Shown: positions 1-10,094 of the stretch, piece by piece
Position numbering within the stretch: position 1 is the first letter of the stretch
Layout of the letters: the number at the start of each line of letters is the position of its first letter
Source: a virus
Taxonomy: Duplodnaviria > Heunggongvirae > Uroviricota > Caudoviricetes
DNA length: 24,270 nucleotides
Direction: 5' to 3' (one strand)
Virus record (IMG/VR): IMGVR_UViG_2541047718_000009
Position numbers and translations under genes: made by a program
The notes under the pieces: generated by a model
Told to the model about the DNA's origin: nothing
Databases searched by the model: none
Seen by the model: only the letters and a program-made list of their open reading frames with translations

Positions 1-174
1 GAGGTAATACACCGTAAGAGCTGGAAAAACCGTGCAGAAGTGGAACTGGCCACACTCACGTGGGTGGACTGGTATAACAATCGACGATTGCTGGAAAGGC
101 TGGGCCATACTCCTCCGGCAGAAGCAGAAAAAGCTTATTATGCTTCCATCGGAAACGATGATCTGGCAGCCTGA
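1..174 (+). mobile_element. 3' end of an rve-type DDE transposase gene (IS3-family-like); partial at window edge, IS right end lies shortly downstream
   Basis: Frame-1 translation from position 1 reads ...KSWKNRAEVELATLTWVDWYNNRRLLERLGHTPPAEAEKAYYASIGNDDLAA and stops at TGA 172-174. The W-x-WYN-x-R ... P-x-E pattern is the characteristic C-terminus of retroviral-integrase-type (rve) transposases. The specific IS was not identified and the terminal inverted repeat could not be delimited. Confidence 0.6.
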
Positions 175-175
175 G

Positions 176-1045
176 TTCACAGATAAAACACTCTCCAGGA
201 AACCCGGGGCGGTTCAGCTTGGTACGCTGTCCAACCTGTGGGAGGCAATGACGGGGACCGCAACTAACGGCCTTGCGGCTATTGGCGGCGCATTTTCTGG
301 TGACGCCAAAAATATCACGCAATGGCTGGGGGAGTTGGGGGAAAAATTCACGAAGTTTGCGGATGAAAATCCCCGGGTTATTCGCGGCGTCGTCGGGCTT
401 GCTGCCGGTCTTGCGATTCTGAAACTGGGATTGATGGGCGTTGGCAGTGCCATCAGTATTGTCAGCAGGCTCATGTCGATGACGCCGATTGGCATGATTG
501 CGACGGCGATAGCCCTGGCTGCGGGATTAATTATCACTAACTGGGATGTTGTCGGACCTTATTTTAAGAAACTCTGGGAAACCATTGGTCCTTATTTTGA
601 GACTGGCTGGGAACTCCTTAAGAAAGTTTTTGCCTGGTCGCCGCTGGGGATGGTGATCAATAACTGGGGGCCGGTTGTTAAGTGGTTTCAGGATATGTGG
701 GACAAGCTGAAGCCAATTATTGAGTGGTTTACCGACAGTTCCGGTGACACGGTCGATGCCATTAACTCGGTGCAGTGGGGGGCGGGTGCTTATGATGCTT
801 ATGGGACGGGAATACCGGCACGGGGATACACACCTTATCCGGCGGTAGATCCGGCTCAGTCAAACAACGCCTCCGATGCCACAGGCCCGAATCCCTTCAT
901 GATTAACAAAGCTTCTGCGCCAAAAGTTGATGGTGAGATCAAGGTCTCTTTTGTGAATTCGCCTCCGGGTATGCGGGTTATGGAAACGCGATCCAGCGGT
1001 TTTGATGTCAGCCATGATGTTGGCTATACGCGCTTTGGCAGGTAA
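176..1045 (+). pseudogene. phage tail tape measure protein, C-terminal segment only (5' part displaced or truncated by the IS)
   Basis: The frame-2 ORF ending at 1045 encodes a Gly/Ala-rich hydrophobic stretch (GLAAGLAILKLGLMGVGSAISIVSRLMSMTPIGMIATAIALAAGLIITNW) and W-rich repeats typical of tape measure C-termini, directly upstream of baseplate genes. The first roughly 50 codons of the ORF-track entry (32..) overlap IS-derived sequence and are not tape measure. The 5' boundary is approximate. Confidence 0.6.
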
Positions 1046-1105
1046 TGAAAAATTAATCTGTTAATGAGTCCCACTCCGGTGGGATTTTTTATGTACGGAG
1101 TTTAT

Positions 1106-2434
1106 ATGACGTGGAAAGACAGACTTCAGGACGCGTCATTTCGCGGTGTGCCGTTTAAGGTTGAAGAAGAAAGTGCGGGAACCGGTCGTCGTGTGGAAAC
1201 GCACGAATACCCGAACCGCGACAAACCCTATACCGAAGACCTGGGGAAAATCACTTTCCGCCCGTCCATCACAGCTTATGTGGTGGGAGATGACTGCTTT
1301 GACCAGCGCGATCGCCTGATTGACGCGCTGAATAAACCCGGTCCCGGCACGCTTGTCCATCCGACTTACGGTGAGCTGAAAGTCTGTGTTGACGGGGAAG
1401 TTCGGGTCAGCACATCGAAGAGTGAAGGGCGTATTGTCCGCTTTGACCTGAAGTTTGTCGAAGCGGGAGAACTCTCTTACCCCACTTCAGGTGCGGCGAC
1501 GGCGCAGACGCTGATGTCATCCTGCTCTGCACTGGATGACTGCATCAGTGACAGCTTCAGTGGTTTCAGTATCGATGGCGTGGCGGATTTTGTGCAGAAC
1601 GACGTCGTCGGTAATGCCGGCACAATGCTGGGGTATGTTTCTGATGCGATGAAAGTGGTGGATTCTGCCGTATCGGATGCCGCCAGGCTGTTGCAGGGGG
1701 ATATCTCGGTACTTCTGCCGCCGCCATCGTCAGGCAAAAATTTCGTTGAGCAGGTGCAGAAAATGTGGCGTACCGGGAAACGCCTTTATGGTAACGCCAG
1801 CGACCTGGTCACCATGATCAAAACGCTTTCCGGTGTCAGCCTCGGCAGCGATCTGCAACCGCGCGGTGTCTGGAAAACGGACAGTAAAACCACCGCCACG
1901 GCGACGCAGCAGCGTAACGTGGTTGCCAGCATCCTTCGTACGACCGCAATCAGCGAAGCGGCGTATGCCGTCACCCGATTGCCTGCGCCAACAACTTCCG
2001 CGGTGATGCAGAATGCCGCAGTGGGGCAGGCAACAACACCCGCGCAGAGCACTGGCTGGCCTTCCGTCACGCATCCGGCACTGAACAATGCTCCGGCGGT
2101 GAAAAGCACGGTTGACCTGCCGACGTGGGAAGAACTGACTGACATTCGCGACACACTGAATACGGCAATTGATAAGGAGTTGTCCCGTACAACCAGTGAT
2201 GCGCTGTTTCTGGCGCTGCGCCGGGTGAAAGCAGATCTGAATGCGGATATCAACACGCGCCTTGAACAGTCTGCACGGATCATTCAGCGCACGCCGGATG
2301 AGGTTTTACCCGCGCTGGTGCTGGCGGCGACCTGGTTTGATAACGCGGCGCGTGACGTGGACATTATCCGGCGTAATGCCATTACGCATCCCGGCTTTGT
2401 GCCGGTGATCCCTCTGAAGGTGCCAGTGCAATGA
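1106..2434 (+). CDS. DNA circulation protein (Mu gp43/N-like), tail-associated
   Basis: The translation MTWKDRLQDASFRGVPFKVEEESAGTGRRVETHEYPNRDKPYTEDLGK... matches the N-terminal domain family of Mu N-type DNA circulation proteins. It sits between the tape measure and gp44-like genes. Start chosen at ATG 1106 because GGAG lies 5 nt upstream; the ORF track starts at 1064. Confidence 0.75.
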   Translation: MTWKDRLQDASFRGVPFKVEEESAGTGRRVETHEYPNRDKPYTEDLGKITFRPSITAYVVGDDCFDQRDRLIDALNKPGPGTLVHPTYGELKVCVDGEVRVSTSKSEGRIVRFDLKFVEAGELSYPTSGAATAQTLMSSCSALDDCISDSFSGFSIDGVADFVQNDVVGNAGTMLGYVSDAMKVVDSAVSDAARLLQGDISVLLPPPSSGKNFVEQVQKMWRTGKRLYGNASDLVTMIKTLSGVSLGSDLQPRGVWKTDSKTTATATQQRNVVASILRTTAISEAAYAVTRLPAPTTSAVMQNAAVGQATTPAQSTGWPSVTHPALNNAPAVKSTVDLPTWEELTDIRDTLNTAIDKELSRTTSDALFLALRRVKADLNADINTRLEQSARIIQRTPDEVLPALVLAATWFDNAARDVDIIRRNAITHPGFVPVIPLKVPVQ

Positions 2435-3510
2435 ACGATAACGTCACGCTACGGGTAAATGACCGGGAGTGGAATGGCTGGACATCGGTGCGCATCGGTG
2501 CCGGTGTTGAACGACTGGCGCGGGATTTCAGTGTGGAGATCACCCGCCAGTGGCCGGGAAATGAGGGTATTACCACGCTTCAGCCGCGCATTAAAAACGG
2601 TTCAAAAGTGGAAGTGCTGATTGGTGATGAGCTGGTGATCACCGGCTGGGTGGAGGCGACGCCCGTTCGTTACGATGCCCGTTCGGTCAGCACCGGTATT
2701 GCCGGACGTAGTCTGACCGCTGACCTGATTGACTGTGCAGCCGAACCGACACAGTTTAACGGACGATCGCTGGTACAGATTGCGCAGGCGCTTGCTGCGC
2801 CTTTCGGCATTGAGGTGGTGAACAGCGGTGCGCCGTCGGGTGTTATTCCTGATGTCCAGCCTGATCACGGTGAAACGGTGATTGAGGTGATCAACAAAAT
2901 ACTCGGTCAGCAGCAGGCGCTGGCTTACGACGACCCGCACGGCAGGCTGGTGATTGGCGGTATTGGCTCAACGCGTGCACATACCGCGCTGGTACTTGGG
3001 GAAAACATCCTTTCCTGTGATACGGAGAAGAGTATCCGGGAGCGGTTTTCTGTTTACCAGGTAGCGGGGCAGCGTGCCGGAAACGACGATGATTTCGGTG
3101 AGGCCACTACCACCGCGCTGCGGGCACGCACAGAGGACGCATTTATTGCCCGTTACCGTCCGATGTATATCAGGCAGACAGGGCAGGCCACGGGGGCTGG
3201 CTGTATTGCGCGTGCTGACTTTGAAGCCCGGCAACGGGCGGCGCGGACGGATGAAACCACCTATGTGGTGCAGGGCTGGCGACAGGGTAACGGTACGCTG
3301 TGGCAGCCCAACCAGCGGGTGATTGTCTTCGATCCGGTCTGTGGTTTCGACAATACCGAACTGCTTGTTTCGGAAGTCACGTTTACTCAGGACCAGAACG
3401 GCACCCTGACGGAAATCCGTGTCGGCCCGCCTGATGCTTATCTGCCTGAACCCGAAGCTCCCGGCGCGCGGAAAAAGAAAAAAGCCAGAGTACAGGAGGA
3501 CCCGTTCTGA
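2431..3510 (+). CDS. tail/baseplate hub protein (Mu gp44/P, phage late control D family)
   Basis: 359-aa product in the conserved position after the DNA circulation gene. Its start overlaps the upstream stop (ATGA), indicating translational coupling. Sequence is family-like by recall (NDNVTLRVNDREWNGWTSVRIG...). Confidence 0.7.
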   Translation: MNDNVTLRVNDREWNGWTSVRIGAGVERLARDFSVEITRQWPGNEGITTLQPRIKNGSKVEVLIGDELVITGWVEATPVRYDARSVSTGIAGRSLTADLIDCAAEPTQFNGRSLVQIAQALAAPFGIEVVNSGAPSGVIPDVQPDHGETVIEVINKILGQQQALAYDDPHGRLVIGGIGSTRAHTALVLGENILSCDTEKSIRERFSVYQVAGQRAGNDDDFGEATTTALRARTEDAFIARYRPMYIRQTGQATGAGCIARADFEARQRAARTDETTYVVQGWRQGNGTLWQPNQRVIVFDPVCGFDNTELLVSEVTFTQDQNGTLTEIRVGPPDAYLPEPEAPGARKKKKARVQEDPF

Positions 3511-4058
3511 TGAGGGCGATTGAAGCCATGCAGCGACAACTCCTCGGCCTGATTGGGCGGGCCGTGGTGAAAAGCATCAGTGCCGCCACGAAATGTCAGA
3601 CCGTGGATGTGTCCCTGATTGCCGGTGAACCCAAAGCCGGGGTTGAACATCTTGAACCCTACGGTTTTACCGCAAGGGCAAACAGCGGTGCGGAAGCGGT
3701 GGTGTTGTTTCCGGATGGCGACCGTTCTCATGCGGTGGTTGTTACGGTGTCGGACCGGCGCTACCGCCTGAAAGGGCTGCAGACGGGTGAGGTGGCTGTC
3801 TATGACGATCAGGGGCAGTCTGTGATGCTGACCCGGGAGGGGATCGTGGTGGACGGTGCAGGTAAAACGATCACGTTTCGCAATGCGCCCAGAGCACGTT
3901 TTGAAATGGACCTTGAAGTGACCGGACAGGTGAAAGACCTGTGCGACTCCGGCGGCACTACCATGTCAGCGATGCGGCTTGCCTATAACGGGCATCGTCA
4001 CAGAGAGAACGGTCAGGGCAGTAACACCGACAAACCTGATAAAGCGATGGAGGCATGA
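3510..4058 (+). CDS. baseplate assembly protein V (spike; Mu gp45-like)
   Basis: 182-aa product of gpV-like size and sequence style (MRAIEAMQRQLLGLIGRAVV...). Overlapping TGATG start-stop with the upstream gene. Confidence 0.75.
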   Translation: MRAIEAMQRQLLGLIGRAVVKSISAATKCQTVDVSLIAGEPKAGVEHLEPYGFTARANSGAEAVVLFPDGDRSHAVVVTVSDRRYRLKGLQTGEVAVYDDQGQSVMLTREGIVVDGAGKTITFRNAPRARFEMDLEVTGQVKDLCDSGGTTMSAMRLAYNGHRHRENGQGSNTDKPDKAMEA

Positions 4059-4483
4059 TGGAACTGTGGCTGACGGTGAACGGTAAACGCACCTGCGCCA
4101 GCGCACCGCTGGATCCGCTGACCCGCGCCGTGGTGATTTCCCTGTTTACCTGGCGGCGGGCGGAGCCTGATGACAACGCCGACGTCCCGATGGGATGGTG
4201 GGGGGATACCTGGCCTGCGGTACAGAATGACCGTTACGGCTCCCGACTGTGGCTGCTTCAGCGCAGCAAACTGACCAATCAGCTGGTGCAGACGGTAAGG
4301 GGGTATATCCGCGAATGCCTGCAATGGATGATTGATGACGGCGTGGTGTCCCGTATTGATCTGGATATCCGCCGCACCGGGATTAATGAACTGGGTAACA
4401 GTATCACTCTCTGGCGTCGTGACGGACCGGTAATGATTTCTTTTGATGATCTGTGGAGTGCGATAACGCATGGCGGACAGTGA
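4055..4483 (+). CDS. baseplate protein (Mu gp46 / GP25-W-like)
   Basis: 142-aa product in the conserved position between V-like and J-like genes. The start may be ATG 4058, which has better spacing to GGAGG at 4049-4053. Confidence 0.7.
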   Translation: MMELWLTVNGKRTCASAPLDPLTRAVVISLFTWRRAEPDDNADVPMGWWGDTWPAVQNDRYGSRLWLLQRSKLTNQLVQTVRGYIRECLQWMIDDGVVSRIDLDIRRTGINELGNSITLWRRDGPVMISFDDLWSAITHGGQ

Positions 4484-5528
4484 ATTTCAGCGCCCGACGC
4501 TGGCAGAAAATATCAGTATGCTCCGTAACGATTTATTCGCCAGGCTGGACGTCAGCGACACGCTCCGGCGCATGGATGAAGACGTGCGGGCAAAGGTGTA
4601 TGCGGCAGCGCTGCATACGGTTTACGGGTACATCGATTATCTGGCAATGAATATGCTGCCTGACCTGTGCGATGAGTCCTGGCTGGCGCGACATGCTGCG
4701 ATGAAACGGTGTCCGCGCAAGGGGGCCACGGCTGCCAGCGGGTATATGCGCTGGGAAGGTGTCAGCGATGGCCTGAAGGTGACTGCCGGGAGCGTGATTC
4801 AGCGCGATGACCTGGTTCAGTACACGGCAACTGCCGATGCAACCAGCGCCGGTGGTGTCCTGCGTGTGCCGATCACTTGCTCAACTACAGGCGCGGTCGG
4901 TAACGCTGACGACGGTACGGCATTAATCCTGGTCACGCCGGTGAATGGTCTGCCGTCTTCCGGTGTTGCAGATACCCTGACTGGCGGATTCGATACTGAA
5001 GATCTGGAAACGTGGCGCGCCCGCGTCATTGAGCGGTATTACTGGACGCCGCAGGGCGGGGCTGACGGGGACTATGTCGTCTGGGCTAAAGAAGTGCCCG
5101 GCATTACCCGCGCATGGACATACCGTCACTGGATGGGAACGGGAACTGTCGGTGTGATGATTGCCAGCAGTGACCTGATTAATCCCATTCCGGAAGAATC
5201 AACGGAAACGGCGGCAAGACAACATATCGAGCCACTGGCCCCGGTGGCAGGCTCTGATTTGTATGTGTTCAGGCCGGTGGCACATACGGTGGATTTTCAT
5301 ATCCGTGTGACGCCGGACACACCGGAAATACGGGCTGCCATCACCGCCGAGTTGCGTTCGTTCCTGCTGCGTGATGGTTATCCGCAGGGAGAACTGAAGG
5401 TGTCGCGTATCAGTGAAGCGATTTCCGGTGCGAACGGGGAATACAGCCATCAGTTGCTTGCACCAGCGGACAATATCTCCATTGCAAAAAATGAGCTGGC
5501 AGTTCTGGGGACGATTTCATGGACGTGA
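4470..5528 (+). CDS. baseplate J-like protein (Mu gp47-like)
   Basis: 352-aa product in the conserved order; overlaps the upstream gene by 14 nt. Confidence 0.75.
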   Translation: MADSEFQRPTLAENISMLRNDLFARLDVSDTLRRMDEDVRAKVYAAALHTVYGYIDYLAMNMLPDLCDESWLARHAAMKRCPRKGATAASGYMRWEGVSDGLKVTAGSVIQRDDLVQYTATADATSAGGVLRVPITCSTTGAVGNADDGTALILVTPVNGLPSSGVADTLTGGFDTEDLETWRARVIERYYWTPQGGADGDYVVWAKEVPGITRAWTYRHWMGTGTVGVMIASSDLINPIPEESTETAARQHIEPLAPVAGSDLYVFRPVAHTVDFHIRVTPDTPEIRAAITAELRSFLLRDGYPQGELKVSRISEAISGANGEYSHQLLAPADNISIAKNELAVLGTISWT

Positions 5529-6103
5529 CAAACGATGATTACATCCGTCTGTTGTCGGCGCTGCTGCCGCCCGGTCCGGCGTGGTCAGCCAGCGATCCGG
5601 CGATTGCCGGTGCGGCACCGTCATTAACTCGTGTTCATCAGCGTGCGGATGCCCTGATGCGGGAGCTGGATCCGCGCACCACCACCGAACTGATAAATCG
5701 CTGGGAGCGTCTGTGCGGCCTGCCGGATGAATGTATTCCCGCAGGGACACAGACCCTTCGCCAGCGTCAGCAACGGCTGGATGCGAAGGTTAACCTGGCG
5801 GGTGGCATCAACGAGGATTTTTATCTTGCACAGCTTGCTGCCCTGGGCAGACCAGATGCCACCATCACGCGATACGACAAAAGCACGTTCACCTGCTCAT
5901 CGGCCTGTACTGACGCGGTGAATGCGCCGGAATGGCGGTATTACTGGCAGGTCAACATGCCAACCACCACCAACACCACCTGGATGACATGTGGCGATCC
6001 CTGTGATTCCGCACTGCGTATCTGGGGTGACACCGTTGTCGAGTGTGTGCTTAACAAACTCTGCCCGTCGCATACCTACGTAATTTTTAAATATCCGGAG
6101 TAA
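5519..6103 (+). CDS. tail protein, DUF2313 / YmfQ / Mu gp48-like
   Basis: 194-aa product ([27 protein letters not shown]...) in the position directly upstream of the tail fiber gene; overlaps the J-like gene end. Confidence 0.7.
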   Translation: MDVTNDDYIRLLSALLPPGPAWSASDPAIAGAAPSLTRVHQRADALMRELDPRTTTELINRWERLCGLPDECIPAGTQTLRQRQQRLDAKVNLAGGINEDFYLAQLAALGRPDATITRYDKSTFTCSSACTDAVNAPEWRYYWQVNMPTTTNTTWMTCGDPCDSALRIWGDTVVECVLNKLCPSHTYVIFKYPE

Positions 6104-6106
6104 TCC

Positions 6107-7057
6107 ATGCATCGTATAGACACGAAAACCGCGCAGAAGGATAAGTTCGGCGCGGGTAAGAACGGTTTTACCCGTGGTAACCCCCAGACCGGCACACCTG
6201 CCACCGATTTGGATGATGACTACTTTGACATGTTGCAGGAAGAACTTTGCAGCGTGGTGGAGGCCTCCGGTGCCAGCCTGGAGAAGGAGCGGCACGACCA
6301 GTTGCTTACCGCGCTTCGTGCGCTGCTGTTAAGCCGCAAGAATCCGTTTGGTGATATCAAATCGGACGGCACGGTGAAAACGGCTCTCGAAAATCTTGGT
6401 TTGGGAGATGGCTCCGGGAGGCTTATACAGTGTCAGGTGTTTAAAAGCTCAGGTACATACACTCCGACAAAAGGCACAAGATTTATTATTGTTGAAATTG
6501 TTGGTGGTGGTGGGGCCGGTGGTGGTTGTCAGGTCGGTTATCCCAATAATGCTGCTTGTGGTGGCGGGGGGATGTCTGGGGAGTATGTTAAAGCTCGCGT
6601 GGATAATCCAACCGTAACTACTGTGACAATAGGATATGGTGGCACTGGTGCAAGTGCGTCGGTTGGTGCTCCCGGGGGAGCAACCTCTTTCGGCAATACC
6701 ATAATTGCCAAAGGTGGTCTTGGTGGGAATGTTCTTGCTGAAGGCACTGCTCCTGGGGTTGTTGGTCCGTATGGAGCATATACTGAGCCGGGATTTACAG
6801 GTGCCAATATTATCGGGTCTGGAAGCGGTTATAGCTCACCAGGCGTTCGGTATTCCGGCAGTCTGGCGATGGGGGGGCCTGGCGGCGATTCAATCCTTGG
6901 TGCGGGGGCTGGGTCACAAGCCATTGTAGGCGAAGGTATTAATGCTAATGGCCATGGTGGTGGAGGCGGTGGTGCCTGTGTCTACGGTGGAGCGACGCAG
7001 CAGCGTGCCGGAGGTAGCGGAATGGCTGGTATTGCAATCATTTGGGAGTATGCGTGA
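6107..7057 (+). CDS. tail fiber protein: conserved N-terminal anchor region plus glycine-rich C-terminal distal domain
   Basis: ATG 6107 with GGAG 6 nt upstream. The N-terminal ~95 aa ([40 protein letters not shown]...) resemble prophage side-tail-fiber N-termini. The C-terminal two thirds are Gly-rich (GGGGAGGG..., HGGGGGGA) and the coding DNA becomes visibly more AT-rich from about 6400. Confidence 0.8.
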   Translation: MHRIDTKTAQKDKFGAGKNGFTRGNPQTGTPATDLDDDYFDMLQEELCSVVEASGASLEKERHDQLLTALRALLLSRKNPFGDIKSDGTVKTALENLGLGDGSGRLIQCQVFKSSGTYTPTKGTRFIIVEIVGGGGAGGGCQVGYPNNAACGGGGMSGEYVKARVDNPTVTTVTIGYGGTGASASVGAPGGATSFGNTIIAKGGLGGNVLAEGTAPGVVGPYGAYTEPGFTGANIIGSGSGYSSPGVRYSGSLAMGGPGGDSILGAGAGSQAIVGEGINANGHGGGGGGACVYGGATQQRAGGSGMAGIAIIWEYA

Positions 7058-7452
7058 TGAACTATGCCGTTATAGAAAATGGTGTTGTTACCAATATTGC
7101 TGTATGGGATGGTGAGAGTGCCTGGCAACCAACTAATGCGTTAGTTATACCTGTATCCGATAATGTAAGAATTGGTTGGTTCTATGATAAGGGAAAGCTT
7201 TCGTCACCTACGCAGCCGCCAAAAACACATGATGAATTACTTCGTGAGGCAGAGAATGAAAGACAGTGTCTGCTGGATAGTGCTAATAGTTTAATTATGA
7301 ACTGGCAGTCAGATTTGTTACTCGGTATTATAAGTGAAAATAACAAGGGCAATCTTTTATTATGGAAGGAATATGTTAATAGTTTAATGTCAGTGGATTT
7401 ATCTTTAGTGCCAGAAATAACCTGGCCTGAAAGGCCAGAGATAATACGTTGA
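7057..7452 (+). CDS. tail fiber assembly chaperone (Tfa)
   Basis: ATGA overlap with the fiber stop at 7055-7057. The product [25 protein letters not shown]... has the typical Tfa N-terminus and size. The ORF track begins 5 codons earlier at 7042. Confidence 0.75.
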   Translation: MNYAVIENGVVTNIAVWDGESAWQPTNALVIPVSDNVRIGWFYDKGKLSSPTQPPKTHDELLREAENERQCLLDSANSLIMNWQSDLLLGIISENNKGNLLLWKEYVNSLMSVDLSLVPEITWPERPEIIR

Positions 7453-7469
7453 AATTATGTGGTGTATTA

Positions 7470-7489
7470 TTAGGGGGAGGCCCCCCTAA
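7470..7489. terminator. GC-rich hairpin between convergent tfa and acyltransferase genes (putative bidirectional terminator)
   Basis: TTAGGGGG (7470-7477), loop AGGC, CCCCCTAA (7482-7489): a perfect 8-bp stem. No clean U-tract on either side. Confidence 0.4.
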
Positions 7490-7493
7490 TAAA

Positions 7494-8519
7494 TTAGGAT
7501 GTGATTATTTTTCTGATTTTATCGTTCTTCTCCAGAAAGTGATAAGATAATGATGCCATTGCAGTATTAATAACAAAAAGTACAAGCCAGCTAAAAAGAC
7601 CATAGTTAAGAACAAATGAATTTTTATTATGATCAAGGTAATATAATATAGGTAATTGCATCAAATAAAACGAATAACTTATATCTCCAAAGTAAATGAT
7701 CGCTCTGTTTACAATATTGTTTTTGATGTTGATTTTTGCCAGGTGCAATAACATAATTGATATCGCAGGAATTGTGAGATAGTTCACCCCCATGGAGTTA
7801 TTGTTTTGCTGGGTGGTAGCATACAGAAATAATAAAATGCTTAATAGCCATGTATAATGGTTAACACGATAGCCATTTAAAAAAAGTATTGCGATACAGA
7901 CGCCCACCACAAATTCTGGTAACCTGTATATTGGAGTTGCGTAATATACGGACCAAACTACAGGTCCCTGAATTATATCAGATAATGGGATTAATAATGC
8001 TGAAGATAAATATGAAAAAAGTAAAACATAAATTACATTGTTTTTGTTGATGTTTTTTATCAAAAATGGAAATAGGGCATAAAAAAACAATTCCACTGAT
8101 ATTGACCAGGTACCGCTAAAATTCCAAAAATCGAAGGTCTGATAAATCCATGATTGCATTCCAGTAACAAACAAGAATATGCTTGCAATCATTTTTAAAA
8201 AGTTTGCATCGCTGGATAACAAAAATGGGAGGGTTAAAAGCCCACAAAATAAATAGGCTGGAAATATTCTTGCTATTCGCTTCCTGAAGTAATTGTTTGA
8301 CAAGGAACCATAGTAATTATAAGTCAAAACAAAACCAGAAAGCATGAAGAAAATACTCATGCCAATGACGCCATTGCTAATGGTTTTATTAATAAGCTCT
8401 CCAAAATTAACGGGGACTCTCATGTTAATGTGAAAAATAAACACATAAAAAGCAGCTATAAATCTTAAGATTGTTACTCCATCCATTTTTTTTCTTGTTA
8501 TGTTATTGGTACTAGTCAT
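7494..8519 (-). CDS. acyltransferase family 3 integral membrane protein (putative O-antigen / surface polysaccharide O-acetyltransferase)
   Basis: 341-aa very hydrophobic product with the family signatures: N-terminal R..H (GVTILRFIAAFYVFIFH), FFMLSGF and W-S-I-S-V-E-L-F-F-Y. The gene is strongly AT-rich relative to the flanking tail genes. Confidence 0.8.
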   Translation of the reverse strand: MTSTNNITRKKMDGVTILRFIAAFYVFIFHINMRVPVNFGELINKTISNGVIGMSIFFMLSGFVLTYNYYGSLSNNYFRKRIARIFPAYLFCGLLTLPFLLSSDANFLKMIASIFLFVTGMQSWIYQTFDFWNFSGTWSISVELFFYALFPFLIKNINKNNVIYVLLFSYLSSALLIPLSDIIQGPVVWSVYYATPIYRLPEFVVGVCIAILFLNGYRVNHYTWLLSILLFLYATTQQNNNSMGVNYLTIPAISIMLLHLAKINIKNNIVNRAIIYFGDISYSFYLMQLPILYYLDHNKNSFVLNYGLFSWLVLFVINTAMASLSYHFLEKNDKIRKIITS

Positions 8520-8715
8520 TTGAGGCTTCTCATGATTAAAAGGTTCGTTATTAAAACCATTAATAATACTCTACTTACTTATCAAGTATCAACGTTTTTA
8601 TGTGTGGTTTTAATTAACAGAATGCAAGAATAAATAATAATATTCTGTTTGCGATTTTTTAAATAATTGCACTTACTACTCCTCAGTGCGAGGGAGAATT
8701 GAGGATGGAATTGGG

Positions 8716-8858
8716 GGCTCCGTCCAAAATTTACCCCTGAATAATGGGTGTAGGCCAGGCGATTAATTGCATCAGGCGTTCCTCGCCAGAAGGTGGCGAT
8801 CATCTATGATGTTGGTATATCGACACTGTATAAGAAGTTTCCGGTCGGAGATAAATGA
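8716..8858 (+). pseudogene. remnant of a Gin/Pin/Hin-family serine DNA invertase (C-terminal HTH only; frameshifted, catalytic domain absent)
   Basis: The frame ending at TGA 8856-8858 reads ARRLIASGVPRQKVAIIYDVGISTLYKKFPVGDK, closely matching the C-terminal DNA-binding end of Gin/Pin-type invertases as I recall them (...QVALIYDVALSTLYKK...). An upstream GG-rich stretch (about 8730-8750) is recognisable only across frameshifts, and no N-terminal catalytic domain is encoded in 8520-8715. Confidence 0.65.
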
Positions 8859-8918
8859 AACCGTAGCACGTCGTATGCAAGAAGATCGTGCTGCGGTTTA
8901 TGCTTATCACTTAAAGAC

Positions 8919-9788
<870 letters not shown>

Positions 9789-10094
9789 CTAATCCTTTGA
9801 ATTTACATAGTAAAAAAAGATACTTTTCCTCATAGTGTGAATTAATTTTATGTTTCGTTTGATGATTGGACCGGTCTCGAAAACCGTAGGCACGTAGTAT
9901 GCGTTAATTTATGAGCAAACTACTTGTCTGCTGTTTTTCTGTCATTAGTCGTATATAGAATGATTCTCTATGCCTAACAAAGCATCACTAGTGCTAGATT
10001 ACGTTGTAGTCACTGTTTAAATATCCAGACAAAACATTTCCTTCTGGGTTGAATGAGTGATAGAGTTTCACCCATTAGACCCCTTGGAGGAATT

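Noticed and set aside
32-175. N-terminal ~48 codons of the ORF-track tape measure entry (MQKWNWPHSRGWTGITIDDCWKG...)
   Set aside because: This stretch overlaps the transposase reading frame and is an open alternative frame of IS-derived DNA; no RBS supports GTG 32 as a start.
1786-2283. Minus-strand ORFs inside the tail genes (for example 1786..2283, 2602..2940, 4013..4471)
   Set aside because: Antisense to well-supported, translationally coupled baseplate genes; compositional artefacts of GC-rich coding DNA.
10053-10094. Upstream start for the methyltransferase (ORF-track 491-aa version)
   Set aside because: ATG 10095 has a GGAGG RBS at optimal spacing and gives a product length typical of Dcm/M.EcoRII; the 10053 start has no RBS.
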